A stretch of DNA of 64,000 bases. It comes from the human T2T-CHM13v2.0 reference genome, Homo sapiens. The notes under the pieces were generated by a model. That model was not told the DNA's origin. It did not search any database and worked only from the letters and a program-made list of their open reading frames with translations. Positions within the stretch are counted from its first letter, which is position 1, and each line of letters begins with the position of its first letter. A program made the translations under genes and the position numbers. The stretch lies in NCBI RefSeq assembly GCF_009914755.1, contig NC_060936.1; one strand, written 5' to 3'. Below, piece after piece: positions 30,964-46,789 of this stretch.

Positions 30964-32079
30964 TCTAAATTTACATAATTATATATGTAAAGATAATTTA
31001 GGTAATTTAGGGGAAACTTGTTCCCCCTAGAATATAGAAAGTCTGAGCCGCAGATATCAGCATTTTATCTCCAGATCTCACTATGCATGTATGCCATGTA
31101 ATAAATGTGGTTGCAATAAAAGAAGAAAAAGTGGAATTTGAAAATGAAAAATGGCATTCATGAAGAAAAGTACACCTTTTTTTGACTTTTGTTTGCAAAG
31201 TGCATGCACTACATATCAGATTTTTAAAATTCACATCGTTAGTATGCATCAATGATCTCTTTATGAATTTGCAAAATTTAGATAAGTTATGGTGTCATAT
31301 TTGCTGTGTTTATTTTTTAGATTTTTTTAATGGAGGAAAATTTGGAGAAGGACATGACCTGGGCCTGTGTTTCATGGGGTGCCCTTACTTGAGACAATCA
31401 GGACACTATCACTTTCCAGATGGAAAATAATGATCCAAATGCTTTAATGTCCATTAGGGAAATTATCCTTCCAGCCCAAGAAAGCAATCATGTTATCAAT
31501 TCATAATACTGGGGGGTCTTCATGTTCTATGAGATGTCTTCAAAATGTCATTGCTACAGTAGGTCATTTTTTTACATGATTTTTAAAAATTTTATTTCAA
31601 AATGTAGGCTTATCTCTTTAGGTTCTACAAAGGATGAAACTATAGAAAAACCTTTTTACATATCTGCATTGTCTGTAGGAATAAGCCACTTTGCAAATAG
31701 TGAGATGGATGTTACGTCTTAATTTCTTGTCCATGTGATGATGAATTTTTGCTCCTTTAGATGGTTTAATTCACTCTTTATATGATGCAATTCTCTTAAT
31801 TCTCTTTGCTGCTTTCTTTGCACAAAGATACTGTGAAAATATAGAGAAAGAGGTAATTCACGGTTTTCATTTTTCATTGTTACACTTGGAACTGAAGTGA
31901 TCCATTACTTGATTTTGAGAGAGACTGTAGACCTAAGTGTTTAAATTAAAAGAATAAAGCTTCTAAGATAAAGCTCTTGCTATCTTGGGTTTAGCAAAGA
32001 TTTCTTAATCAGATCTCAAAGTTACTAACAATAAATTAATAAAATAATTGAGCTTATAAACATTTTTAAAAATACTTTT

Positions 32080-32521
32080 CCTGATCCAGGAGAGAATTGA
32101 CTTAAGAGTCTAACACCTTTTAAAGTCTGATAAGAAACATTTACAATTTATCCTCTCTGAGCCTGCTACCTGGAGGGTTCATCTGCATGATAAGAATCTT
32201 GGTCTCCACAACCCTTTATCTGAGCCCAGACCTTCCCTTCTTTGGATATCTGGTCTTTAGATAACCTCTTTCAACCAATTGCCAATTGGACAATCTTTGA
32301 ATCCGCCTATGACCTGGAAGCTTCCACTTTGAGTTGTCCTGCCTTTCTGGACCGCTGATGTCTTCGGTCTCCCTGGAATGTACAAAGCCAAACCGTAGCC
32401 TGACCACCATGGGCACGTGCTCTCACGACCTCCTGAGGCTGTGTCACAGGCATGTCCTTAACCTTGACAGAATAAACTTCTAAATTGATTGAGTCTTGTC
32501 TCAGATACTTTTTGGTTTACA
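32080..32521 (+). mobile_element. MER4-family ERV1 LTR (5' part missing)
   Basis: GTCTGATAAGAAACATTTACAAT..TGGTCTCCACAACCC..CAACCAATTGCCAAT..AATAAACTTCTAAATTGATTGAG..TTTGGTTTACA. Confidence 0.85.
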
Positions 32522-34494
32522 ACGTGAAATACATTATGCTTCCATTACACTCGTTATCATGGGAAAACACCTCAAAAAAATAAAAACAGACCAACAAAAG
32601 ACAATAAAGACCTTTGTGCCATCCATTATTTTTCTGTCCTAGTATTTGTGGCCGGGTCAAAAACAAACTAGACAGGGACCCTGAGGGAGGGAGATTTCGC
32701 TGACATCTGTAGGTAGGATCAGGCTTCCAGGGCTGCAGAGGGAAGAGCTTCAATAAGAGGAGGGAAAAGCAGTGATAATGACCTTCATGGGTCCTCTACT
32801 GCCGACTGTCTGGGCTGCAGTGCCCTGGCACATTTCCTTGCAGAGAAAGGACAGCAGGAGTGGGCTTCCTGGTTCCCTTTCTGTTTTCTCTGAGGCCAGC
32901 AGGTGCCTGGCGTGGCCTTTGCGCCCCCTGCTGGTCGTTCTGGCAGCACACAGCCTCCTGCCTTGCCAGTGTGAAACCCGGTGCTGTCTTGTTCCCCGGG
33001 TGGAATGCAAGAGAATGCTTGGGAAGAACTTTGTTACCCAATGAAGCCTCCTGGTTCTCTAGTCCCTGGTAGCCTGTCCTGGTTGCCAGGTGCTTGTTTG
33101 CATTCCAAGCTCCACATTCCCCAGGGTCCAGTGTAGTCTTGTGTCTAAGCTGGTGTCTGGCCACCAAAGGCAGGCGTGCAGGGCCTTGGCTACTGCGCTA
33201 GGTCTGCTGATGGCCACAAGCCTTTAGTCCCAGCTCTGCCTTAGCAATGGGGGTGTCTGAAGGCTCAGGGGATACACAGGTCCTCTAGGTTCCTGGGGAG
33301 ATGATGGTAAGTAATCCTTCTTAACAGTCTTTAAAAAATACATAATTTAACATGGACAAAGCAAGTAATCAAAAGGCTATCTGACAAAGTGAAAAATATT
33401 GTAAAATTCTTAACACGTTTAACTAGATCATAAACCCAGGAAATCCTTGAGCTTCCTTCAAGACAGGCCAGCTCTTTGAGTGAGTTAGATACACTGGGTT
33501 TGTCATCAGTTAATACTAATCTGAATAGGTCTATCTCTTTGTGTAATGATAAAAGAGGCCTTGTTGAAAATAAGCCAAAAGGGAGCCCCCTCTCTCCATG
33601 GTGAAGTGTGTATATGGGTCATTTTCAAAGTTAGATATGGTTTCTGTAAGATGAAGCCTGGCCATTCTAAGTCACTTGAGTGAAAACAGCTTACGAGCCT
33701 GGCAGAAGAATAATTCACAACATAAGAAAACACTTTCTGATCTTTAAAAACATTGAAAATTTCTTTTACAAGAAATTGAAGGCTGGAAAGAAAGGGAGAA
33801 GGACTTGAATAGAAAGAAGGAAATTATTGGAATTCTAATGAATACAGAACACAAATCCTAAATGATAGATTTAGTTTAAGTGTCTGATGGAAACCTTTCT
33901 GAATATCACATATCTACCAGCCAATAGAAAATAATGTAGAAGGTGGAAATCTGAAATTCAATATAAAGAGTGGATTATAAAAGGAAGACCGCATTATCCA
34001 TTAAGCAAAGACCCTTTTGAGAAACCTATCTGTGCTTTTAAAGTAAGCACTTTCTCCTAGAGGAAAAAAACTAGAAGACAGATAGTAAACCAAAAAAAAA
34101 AAAAAAAAAAAGAAAAAGAAAAATCTAATAAATAAATTTCTTAGAACTCAAATTGAAAGCATCCTATGGAAGGAAGAATCTTTCCATTTAGAAAATGCTC
34201 ACACAGAAAGTGAGAAAGCTTCTGCAGAAACTTGAAATGCCATCTGAACTTTATCAATAACAGACACATCAGGTATGGATTTACCATTTAACATTAGAGA
34301 AGAAACAGCTTGAAGTAAAAGGAAGCATCAACCAACCCCCTTCTAAGCTGGGGACTTAAGAAACAAGAACAAGGGAAATGAATCAGAATTAGAAGCACTT
34401 TGATTTGATCAAAACCTTTTTATCTCCCCTAAGGAAAGAAGCTTGCAATAACTAATTAGCAGCTCCGGCCACTGGAGAAAGCTCAATGCCTTGA

Positions 34495-34874
<380 letters not shown>

Positions 34875-35551
34875 TTATATCCCTGCAATCTCCAGTACAG
34901 CTCTGGGAGAGCCTTCAGAGGACACAGTGATCCACCGATAACCAGATCTGGGAGAAGGAAAGATAACTAGCAACAGATGATCACTAAGTTGGAAAACTGG
35001 ATTTTTCCCCCACCTCCTGTGCCAACAGTATCACCTTTTCTAAAAATCTTTTGTGCTTTCTCTCTGTAGCAAGAGGGAAGCAGGGAAAAAAGATATTTAA
35101 GAGTAGGTCTTAGTGTACACATTCTGCATAACCTAAGGATTTGAGAGCCCTTCACTCTCACCCCTCAATTCATCCAGTTTCAACAAATAAAAACAAGGAG
35201 GCAGTTAGGGGCCAATATAATTGCTGTTATTTGTGAAGTAAAGGGCATACCTAACTTCCAAACACTCCATGCCGTGCTTCAGGACTCTTAGAAAAAAAAA
35301 CAATAATTGTACAGGCCATCCCTTCCAGAGATGGCTGGGGCCTCACTCCTGCTTTAGACTGGGTATTCTGGGTGCTGGCACAATCTGCAACCCACACTAT
35401 GCCTGTACAAGCAGGGCTAACTAACAAAGGGCAGTGTGAACAGCTTCACAGTGAATGTCATATTAGGATTATTTTATATACCAATAACTAAATCCCAACC
35501 ATTCTGGCTTAAAAACACACATACAAAGTTTACAATAAGAAATGGAAGTAA

Positions 35552-35846
<295 letters not shown>

Positions 35847-36559
35847 GGAAATAAAATTTACCTGGAAAATTTGGACTAGCTGACTGCTGGTATATCTTGA
35901 GCCAGGCCCTCAATGTCCTCAACAGTCTCCTAAGGAATTTGCCTTCTTTTCCCAAATTCTCTCTCTCTCTCTGTCTCTCTCTCTCTCCTGTATTGGCCGT
36001 ATTCTCTCTCCATTTAGTAATGAATGTGACAGTGCCATGCTTTTATTCTACCAGTTTAGCAAATCATACTCAGACCCCACACATACACAGGTGAAGTGGA
36101 GCTTCCTATTCCTGACCACAGTGGTCACTTCAGAAAGAGGCACGTAATTGAATGCCTGCAATAAGAACCCTCCACAAAAGTTCCCTCCACAGGAACCATT
36201 AGGGACCACGTTCTTCTCTTGGAGGACTGGTAGTTACATGTGTTCAGTCACATATGCATTTCTGAAGCCATCCTTATAGGAAGGGCAGGACACATTCTGA
36301 TGATCATGCCAATTCCAAAGGATTTCCACATGAAAGGAGAGTGGTCAAATGACAGTTCCTCAAAGGACAACATGGAAAGAAGTTGCTAGAAAAAAGGAGA
36401 AGCAATGATGGACAGGCAGAATAATCAGGCGGGTGAGGGGGTGGGTAAACAGAGTACAGAGAGGTGACAGTGTGGTGCCTCAAAACTGTCCTGAGAACTG
36501 GGCAGAATGGAAACTGTATCAAATGAGCCACAGTGCTGGCCCAATGCCACTGCAAAAAT

Positions 36560-37180
36560 CTGGATTTTTCACCTCAGCAAACGACACAGATCGAAATTCT
36601 CCTTCTGACCAAGGTGGAGTAATCAAGACTAGATTCATGATCTCACCTGGAAAAAAACCAAAATTATATAAAATAATGGTTTTCAAGACATTAGGCATCA
36701 GCCAATGTAGGACACTGATTCCTAAGAGATGGGAAATGATCAAGGTGGATCCTACAAGGTGGATCCCCCCATCCATTGTCTAGAGAAGCTTTTGGATGAG
36801 CGAGGACCCAGTTGAAGCCTGGTGAACTTCCTGAGCTGGTGCCATGGAGTAGGGATTCTGGGGGGGGCCATGGCAGCTGATATTTGCAAGCAGAGTTAAC
36901 AAAGATGAGGAAAGTTGCACCTAGAAGAAACTCTTGGGCTGTACAGCGAGCCCAGGTGAAGTCCTCAGCAGGATTCTGATCCACGCACGCATGTGAGGTT
37001 AGCCAAGGAAGAACCACCTCAAAGGGAGTGAGGGAAAAGTACTCAGAGCTCACACAGGTGCCAATTCCCACCAGCCAGAATGGGAAGGTCACTGAAGCAT
37101 TTGTAAGTCCTCCAAAGCACAAGGCTTTCTTGTGAATGGCAAGAGATGAAATTTCTTCCACCCAGTACTGAAGGTAAAGC
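36560..37180 (+). mobile_element. Ancient L1M 5' region remnant
   Basis: AATGGTTTTCAAGACATTAGGCATCAG..GATTCCTAAGAGATGGGAAA..GCCCAGGTGAAGTCCTCAGCAGG resembles old L1M 5' sequence. Confidence 0.5.
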
Positions 37181-37880
37181 CCACTCCAGTCTCCAGCCCC
37201 TCTGACCAGCCCATAACAGGGTCCCTCTCACCAGTCTGATGGATCCAGGTCTATCCCATGCTGGTTGTCATTATTGTGGGCTTGAGTTTAAACTCTGCTC
37301 ACACACTCTGACACGATATATAAAGACATAAAAGCAAACAAACGAAAACAGCAGGAGAATTTGGGGCCTGTCTCTTGCATCTGGTGAGGCAGCCACAACT
37401 TGTGTTATGTGCCCCTGCACACACCAGGAAGCCTCAAAATAATGATGGTAACATCAACTTATTTGGTGAGCGCCCCCATGCACAATGCATCAGATAGTCT
37501 GCTAAGTGTTTTACGAGCGTGATGCTACATAACTCTCCCTACATGGGCCGGCTAAATGCAAAAAGCTGCATAACACTTTCTTATGGAGACAGTGGGGAAG
37601 TAAGGATTTGAAATCATCTCTGTATCAGGATATACTGTCTCTATGTGATAAAAGATGGAAACACAAAGGAGCTCAATGAACTACAGACAGCAGCCAAAAT
37701 GTGTATAAATAACCCGAGGTTGCTCAGGGGACGGATTTGTATATCTAGGATCCAAAGGATAACAGTTAAATAAGGAAAATGCAGGCCATTTACAAGGGAA
37801 CTGTCACATTGTCTCCACCCTTTTGCAGACCAATTTTTCCCAAATAGTTGTTTTGTGGTCAAATTAAAAATGGCACTATG

Positions 37881-38210
<330 letters not shown>

Positions 38211-38930
38211 TTATGTTTTGTTGAGGAAACTGAGGCAGGAAGTTGGAATGGCTCCACTAAAGGCACACGGTAAATCATTGCCAGCCCTGGATGCTAAGAA
38301 CTCCTCTCCCAGTGGTTTTATTGATGAAACAGTCTTGTCAGCACTCTTAGCAGTACGAATGACTGGGCATTTCCTCTCCTGTTATTATTCCAACCTAATT
38401 ACTATGGGAAGCATCTGTTGTTGAACATGGCACTGTAGGCATAGCCATGATTAATTGGTTTTTATTAATTCCATTCAAAAAATTATGAAGTTTGGCTTTT
38501 CCTTAGAAAAATGAAAGCTGCATGCATATGTTACTCTCATGTTAACAATAAGAAAATAAAATGGCTAATCAACATAAGCACAATAACTTTGAAAACGGAG
38601 ATCTCGGTAGAAAGTGGTGAGGTAAATTTCAGTGACAAGTTCCTCTTACAGGAGCGAGACACACAACATTTGGCAAAGCACAGTAGGCAAAGGAGGCAGC
38701 TATAACATTAGACAAGCAATGAAATAACATTTGAGCAAATTCTTAATAGATACAATTGAGCTACCACGTCAGTTGGAATTTGAATGCCTAAGAATGCCCC
38801 ACACAAGGGGCATCTGTACCGATACAAAAGAGAGTAATGCCGTCCCTGTGACTGAGCAGGAACCTGTTTGCACCCAAGACCCTACACCCCTACAGAAGAG
38901 ACTCTCCCTGCCGTTAAGGACAGAGTCAGC

Positions 38931-39217
38931 GATGCTGAGAAATTCCTGCCTCACTTTTACCCAATGGTTCATGTGACCTTGTTTTTCCAAACACAGCCCC
39001 AGGCAGAGACTTGGGAAGATCCCCTGGATTGTCAGAAATTAAGAAGGGAGATAGGCTGAGCAGGATGGATTACTGAGCAATAAAATAAGATTTGCTTCCC
39101 ACCTTTGTGCCCCAAATCACAAGAATTTATCACCTTTTCAAGAGGTCTCTATATAATATACACATGATATTTTATACACTGTCTTTATTTTCAGTAGAGC
39201 AAGCAGGGAAAAATGAA
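38931..39217 (+). repeat. Copy B (probable source) of the ~270-bp dispersed repeat
   Basis: Retains 18 bp CTTTTACCCAATGGTTCA absent from copy A. Confidence 0.95.
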
Positions 39218-40815
39218 CTTTTCGGGACCAGGTTCCCTGTCTGTGGTTTACATGTCCTCTAAGCATGCAGAAGTAGCATGGCCCCGGACCCCCAGCCCAG
39301 GGTGCAGCCAGCTGCCACCAATCCCTGGTCTTTCCCTGGCTCAAGACACTTGGGACTCGCCGGCCATTTTGTATTCCATTTACTGTCTAACCTTTTCCCT
39401 AAATTAGTTCCTCCGCTGGAGGACTTTTCTCAACCTGGACATTTGTAACACAGATATTTTCTAGCTCAGATTCTTCCAGCGATTCAGGCTTTTGCTGAGC
39501 ATGACTATTCAGAAGGGCCCCTGGGATCAGTTGCATCATTGGTGCTAATTCCTTAAGCCATCCCTTTGCGCGTGCCATGTTCCATTGTGAGCCTCAAATT
39601 CCCGTCAACAAAACAGCAGAATGTATTTATTAATCCCTTGAATTTCTGTTCCGTCATGTCAACTGTGTTGCAATAGAACGAGGTGCAAGAGGTAGACTGC
39701 CTGCGCTAGTGTATGTTTAAAGGGCCTTGAATTTTCCACGGTCTGTCACAAACCTCTGCCATTCCTGTGCCACAACATGCCTGGGCTGATTGGTTTGAAG
39801 AGAAACGTGACAGCCATACAGAGCACAACTATTTGAAGACAAGGTACCCCAGCCAGGCCCAGCACAGATCAGCCAGTGCCCAGGTAATCCACAAACGCAT
39901 GAGCCGCAAATGATGACTGCTTGGGCTCTGAGGTGCTGTGGTTGGTGGCAGCATCGTCACAGCCACGGTTAACAAACGCACATGGATTTAAACCGGTCCC
40001 TATTTGTCTTCTACACAGCACCTCTCACTACCTGAAACACCCTTGTTATTTATGTATTTATGCACTTTAAGGTTAGAGGTTCTTCCTATTTTATTCTCCA
40101 CTGTATCTCTGATAAGTAAAGCAATGTTTGCAACGTAGGAGTTTCTAAATAGATATCTGTGAATACATGAATGAATGTAATTCTCACATTAGCCCCCTCA
40201 GGTATTATAGAAACTTCCCTCATTCCTATTTCAGAGATATAGAAACAGAGGCACGGAACTATGATAAAATTGTTCATTATCGCGTAGCCCGTGAGAGAGT
40301 TGGGATTTCAGCAGACGGATCTGTTTACATCAAGAGAACTCTCCAAAGACAACCTAGACATTCGTGCCCAGCTTCTTTTAGGTCCTCTAAGATGCAGCTC
40401 TAACTGTAAAGTCAATCTGACATCTCTGTTATCATTGCAACTCAATGGAACATTGTTTGTGGTTTTCCAGCAACCACTTTCTAGCTGACACCCTCCCCAC
40501 CCACGTATACACAGCTCTCCCTTCTCATGGAAGCGCAATTTGTTCAGTCTGTGTTAAATGTTTTCACCAATTAATCCAGTGGGAAAGGTAACAGAATTCA
40601 CAGGAAGAAATAAATATTGTATTGGAGCCTTTTCTGAAAGCAAGAGAGAGAATGAGAGGCTGGCTCTCCCAGGCTGCCTGTGAGTTGAGTTTATATAATA
40701 GGTATCTACGCACGTGCTCATTTAGTGTTTATTGTACACTTGCTCTGTGACAGCCATCACTCACTCTACCTGCAGAGGTTATAGAATACAAAGAATGATG
40801 TGTTTTCTGTCCTTC

Positions 40816-41249
<434 letters not shown>

Positions 41250-43201
41250 GAGGAGCTTATATTTTTGTATAGGGAAAAAAATTTTTTCATATGTCACAAG
41301 TAAATGAATATGGCAAGGCAGACAGAAAAACATGGTATTGAGAAAAGTATACAGGGAATGTACATTTGAAGTCAGTGGTCAGGAACAGGGTTTACTGTTT
41401 CAACGTAATGGTCCACAGACCCTTTTTGGATAAGCTGCCACTGGAGAAAAGACTTCAGAGAGATAGGGAGTAAGTAAGTCACGTGGCTATACAGAGAAAA
41501 ATACTGCTTCAGTCTTGATGGCAAAAGCAATCAGAATTACCCTTGGGCATCCCTTAAGATACTTAAAAGTATAGGACAAGGGAATCTCTCTGCATGTCCA
41601 GTGCAGCCAATTTCCCTCCAGTGTTGGGGCTGAATGGCTGATCTTCAGCTGATCTCCAAAGGGAGAGGGTGCCTGGCACTTCAGGGCCATGTAGTATGAA
41701 AACACGAGGGTCATGTTCAGGATGTTGTGACGCTCAGACTCAGAGACAGCACAGGACCAAGACAGAGGGGACAACAGGATCACTGCATGCATTTTGGGTT
41801 CATTCTGGGGCATTTGCTCATACTGTGGATAGTACGTTCGAACCATTTAGATTACCTTTCTTTATTATTTCCTTTGTCATTTCTCCCTTTCTCTTTTTTT
41901 TTTGTTTCTTCTCTCTTTCGTCCATATAAATACCCTAATTTATGTAACCTCCAAGAAACCTATGCTACTCGTAACCAAAGAATGAACGCATAGATTTATG
42001 TTTGCAAAAGTCAAAACTATAAACAATGGGTAAAAGCATTAGGGAAAAGGCTTCATAACAACAGCTATGCAAAAGTGAACTGGATTACCCTGGAAAATGA
42101 GTTGTGTCTCAGGCAGGACACAGGGGAGCTGAGTGACCCTCTGTTATGGTATCAGCCAGGGAACTTGGCTGCAAATAACGGTAACAGGGTTGATGTAACT
42201 TAAACAGAAAATGAATTTATTGAAAATTAATGGGTAGTTCCCCAAATCCACTAACAGCAAAGAGGAAGCCAGCTGGAATTGCTGGGGGCTGGGCAGACCA
42301 CGTAGCCAAGGAGCAATGCAGTTGTGAACTGGACGCTGGGGCTGCCAGCTGGCTCTGTTCTCGTGTCCCTGCTGGCTCTGTTCTCATGTGCCTGCTTCTG
42401 GATGCAAATCTCAGGGCAGGAATTCAGTGGGTCAAGTCTAGCTGTCCTTCCTGTGTCTGAGCTGGCAGAAAGCAGGAAGATTTGTGGTCTCATTTGACAT
42501 CATCAAAGGGATCTAAAACTCAGCCCTTATCAGGAGTCACAGAGTGGGGACCACCCAGCAAACGAAAGGCTGATTAGATGGGAGGCTGTCTTCCCCTCCA
42601 AAATGGGTCACATATCCCCCAAAGCAAGAGTTATTCTGGATAGTGTGATTTACAGAACTAGATAATCTAAAAAATCTCCTTCTATGTCTAACATTTTATA
42701 AGTAACAAGTATGTTAAAATAAGAACCCATGGGAGAAATATGTACAAACTTTCCAATTTTCAGGGATAACAAACTCTACTACTGTATGACACATTTATGA
42801 CTTCTGAGCTTTTATTGTTAATTGACCAGGTTCATCTGGTTTTAGCCATTCTATGAGTCTAGTGTCCACCAGATACTTACTTAAGTTAGCATCCTACAGC
42901 TGTATGTGAAAGAGACCTTCTCAAGTCAGCAGAGCTTAAAAGGACAATTTATTATGAGAAGTAAGATGTCACATTGAATACAAAAGTTAAGCTGGAATGG
43001 GGTCTCTGTAACAGGGAACCAAAAAGCTCTGAGGCTTTTTCTGACATTTATTTTTCTCTGCCCCCCTGCATTTCCCTTTCTTTCTGTAGATCTGGTTTCT
43101 TTTAATGGCAGGCAAAAAAATGATGTCTTTCATTTCCACGTTGGAATGTTATGGTCTGGCTGGTCACGTCTTTTTTTTGGGAGCTGCCTTATTTTGTGTT
43201 G

Positions 43202-43277
43202 ATTACATATTGATGATATCAACCATAGCATATGTTTTCATTACATATTGATGATATCAACCATAGCATATGTTTTC
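43202..43277. repeat. Perfect 38-bp tandem duplication
   Basis: ATTACATATTGATGATATCAACCATAGCATATGTTTTC at 43202 and 43240. Confidence 0.97.
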
Positions 43278-43852
43278 CCAATCTTGTGAACAAAAACACA
43301 GCCCATGTGAGGAGGTATTTGGCTGACATTGAGGCACCTTGTCTAGGACGTGGTGTCTCCCAGGACATGCCATTTAGGTTTCAAGCCACAATTAAACTTG
43401 ACATCCAATTACAGTCACTATTGGTTACAAACACAATTTTACAATAATTAACTGCCAAATTGCACTACCAAATCCAGTTAGGTAACATAAATTTCACCTA
43501 GTTATATACAATGATGAATTATGAAGGACAGTGGGAATCTTTAAAATCAGTTTTCATATTTCCAGCAGTAGGTTATTCTTTCATGAAAAAAAAAAAACCA
43601 CACCATCCTGTAATCAGTGAAATATATTGCTTGAGAAGGAAGAGTTTATAATGTTATCACATACACCTCACCCCACAATAATTCATTTATATACATTACA
43701 TTTTTGTAGCAATGCGTGAGGTTTGTAATTTTGATTGAATAATTTTACAAATTGTGAACTTTAGAAAAGTTGTAGCTGCACAGCTTTCGGGATTTTCATT
43801 ACTTAGTTTGCTTGTTCCTTTCAGAGTGAGAGTTTCGACCAGGAGTGGATAC

Positions 43853-44705
43853 TGAGGAGAGCAAAGATCACCTGGTGCTCATCAAGCCGGACTTCCAGAG
43901 GCAAAGCTCCTTAACTGAAGAATTCAGAAGTAATTAGACTTCCCTATTATCCAAAGCAGGCATCTGGTACCAGCCTTCTTTCCCCAAAATTTATAAGTAA
44001 CTACAATTTCTATACAGCTCCAGAATGCATATACATCAAAACTCATTTTGCACCCCTTGATGACATCAAGGGACCAGAATGCCTAAAAATGTAATCATCT
44101 ATCATGACCTACATAGTTAATATGGTCCCAACTTACCCTTAAGCTCCTGCTCTAAGGTCCATACACACCCCTAAGGAACATCCACTGCGGTGGACTCAGT
44201 TCTCTCTTGCTGAGGCTCCCACTGAACTCCTCTGCAGCATTATTTCTTTCTAATAAAACTTTCCTTTTCATCCAGTCTATCATTGATGGGCATTTAGGTT
44301 GGTTCCATGTCTTTGCTATTGTGAATAGTACTGCAATGAACATATGCACGTATGTATGTTTATAACTGAATTATTTATATTCCTTTGGGTATATACCCAG
44401 TAATGGGATTGCTGGGTCAAATGGTATTTCTGTCTTTAGGTCTTTGAGGAATCACCACCATGGAGTACTATGCAGCCATAAAAAAGAAAGATAACATGTC
44501 CTTCACAGGGACATAGATGGAGCTGGAGGCCATTCTCCTTAGCAAACTAAACTATGTAACAAACCTGTACTTGTACCCCAGAACTTAAAATAAAAGTTTA
44601 AAAAAGCCCTTTCCTTTTCAAATCTATACTGTTGTTGGTAAATTCTTCTTACTACCCATGAGTAAATCACTTTTTGTTGCCTGAGATCTGACACCTCACC
44701 CAGCA
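43853..44705 (+). mobile_element. MER49-type ERV1 solo LTR, split by an L1 just after its AATAAA
   Basis: TGAGGAGAGCAAAGATCACCTGGTG..AGAAGTAATTAGACTTCCCTATTATC..AATAAA (44252); resumes at ~44610. Confidence 0.8.
44271..44605 (+). mobile_element. L1PA fragment with 5' inversion (twin priming)
   Basis: 44271-~44458 antisense L1 ORF2 end; ~44459-44605 sense L1 3' end with A-tail; TSD core CTTTCCTTTTCA on both sides. Confidence 0.9.
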
Positions 44706-44829
44706 GGCACCTACCATTTTTACTCCCCATTTACCTGTCTAAGCAGGAATTGGTGACTTAACAAATTTGGAGGAAGATTTTAGCAGAATGAGAATTTGAT
44801 CAGAGCCTAGTGACTCTAACTAACAGACC

Positions 44830-45072
44830 TATTAGCAGGCAGTCAAGGTTCTCCAGAGAAATAGAAGCAGTAGGACATGGGGCAGGGAAAAGGAGAGAGA
44901 GAGAGAGAAAGAAAAAGAGAGAGAAAGGTACCAAGGAATTGGCTCATGTGTTAGGGGCTGGCCAAGCAAATCTGAAATCTGCAGGGCAGGCTGTCAGAAA
45001 GGGCAGGCAAGAAACTCTAAGGGCCGAGAGCTGTGGTCCACAGGTAGAATTTCTTCTTCTCCGGGAAACCTC
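44830..45072 (-). mobile_element. MLT2 LTR fragment
   Basis: GGTTCTCCAGAGAAATAGAA..AAGGAATTGGCTCATGTG..AAATCTGAAATCTGCAGGGCAGGCTG. Confidence 0.8.
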
Positions 45073-46507
45073 TTTCTAGTGTGGCAGCAAATAATGACTA
45101 AATGGATTTTGTGGCTAAGGCAGCACAGAGATATAGAAAAAGTTCAACAGGTATTATTAAAAGGCATTTAATCTCTAGGCAACTCAGCTAGATGAAATGC
45201 AATGAAAGAGTCGCTGCTTTTTTCAGGAGAGATACATGAGGCATCTTTACCTAATAAACACCATTTGTTATATTGAAGCTTTAGGGCCGAAGCCAATGAG
45301 TTGAAACTCTTAAAAACAAAATCTTTTGAAAATAATTCTGCACATTTAGGCGTGTTTTTTTTTTCTCTCCTTTGGGATCTGAAGAAAATTTCCTACTTAC
45401 TCTGCCCAGCCCCCAACCTTTCTTTGGCTTTTGTGATGGTTTATTCTGTAAGATCCACCCATAGAATGAGGACCACCTGTAAAGGTCATCAAAGTTTGTT
45501 TATTCAGATCTTACCAATAAGGGACTTACAATGCTTTTCATTTTTGGCAGAGACTCCCAGGGGTTTTAAAAGAGTTTTATAGAATCAAAGGAGCCTTAAG
45601 TTTTAAGACAGTCCTTGATTGGGGAGTGTCCTTTGGGAATGAGTTTTTCTCCTAGAGTATGATGAAGCAGGGGAGGTTTCCTGATGGCTTTGGGATACAC
45701 TGGATCACCTTTGATTGATTTGGCTTCTGTTGGTATATACCTGGGGTCTTTAAAGGCTGGGTGGAATCATCTGTGTTTTTCTATTGCAACTGATAGAATA
45801 CTGGTCCTTGGTTTCGAGGTCCAAGTCTTGCATAAACAATTCCACAGATTATATCCTAATACCAGCTAGTGTTGAAGACAGGGGAGTTGTGCTGCCAAAA
45901 ATAAATAAAAATATGTATATTCTACAGTATTTGAAATGAACCCTCTTTGTTTTGATGTACTGGATCTGTTAGTTACCCTTAAAAATAAACATCTATTTGT
46001 CTCATATAACTATCTGCTATTTGTCTATTATCTATCTATACATTAACCCTACAGGAATAATTTGGGGAAGATAGAATATTACAGCACTGGACTCTGTTAC
46101 ATGATCAGAGAGCAGATATCACCGTAAAGGAAGAATTTTTATTGCCATGAAATATTTTATTATCTGTGTTAAATAATCTCTCCAGAAAATAATGTCAAAC
46201 AGCTTTGAATCAATACCAAGTGAATAAACTACCAAATTTACAAAATAACTAAGTCAATATATAGATATATCCATGTTACTTATACCTTCCTGACACTTCA
46301 ATAAGTGGCTTATATAAAGGTTTCTAAATAAATGACACGGTGTGGAAACCACTATGGTGATATCAGTAGCAAAAACAACATTGCAATAGCTAATATTGAT
46401 AAGCATCAATTTGGTGGCGAGTAGTCCTAAAAAAACATTCAAATGTAATTCTCATACTTAATACAAATAACACAATAAAAATAAACATATTTATTAGGCC
46501 ATATGTC

Positions 46508-46720
46508 AGTGGTTCTCAATAAAGGTCCATTTGTACTCTAAGAGGATATTTGGCATTGTCTGAAGACAATTTTTGTTGGCACAACAGGAGAGACATTACT
46601 GGCAACTAGTGGGTAGAGCCCAGGGATGCTTTTAACATGCTACAATGCACAGCACAGCTCTCCCCGACAAAGAATTAGCTGGCCCTAAAATATCAGTAGT
46701 GCTGTGACTAAGGACTCCTG
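46508..46720 (+). mobile_element. MER20 (hAT-Charlie) DNA transposon
   Basis: CAGTGGTTCTCAA..TTTGGCATTGTCTGAAGACA..CTAGTGGGTAGAG..CTACAATGCACAG..CAAAGAATTA. Confidence 0.85.
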
Positions 46721-46789
46721 CCTTGCATTCTCCCCTTTGATCTTCTCATCCACCCCATGGGGTAGGGGATATTATTATAGCACGGAGAG

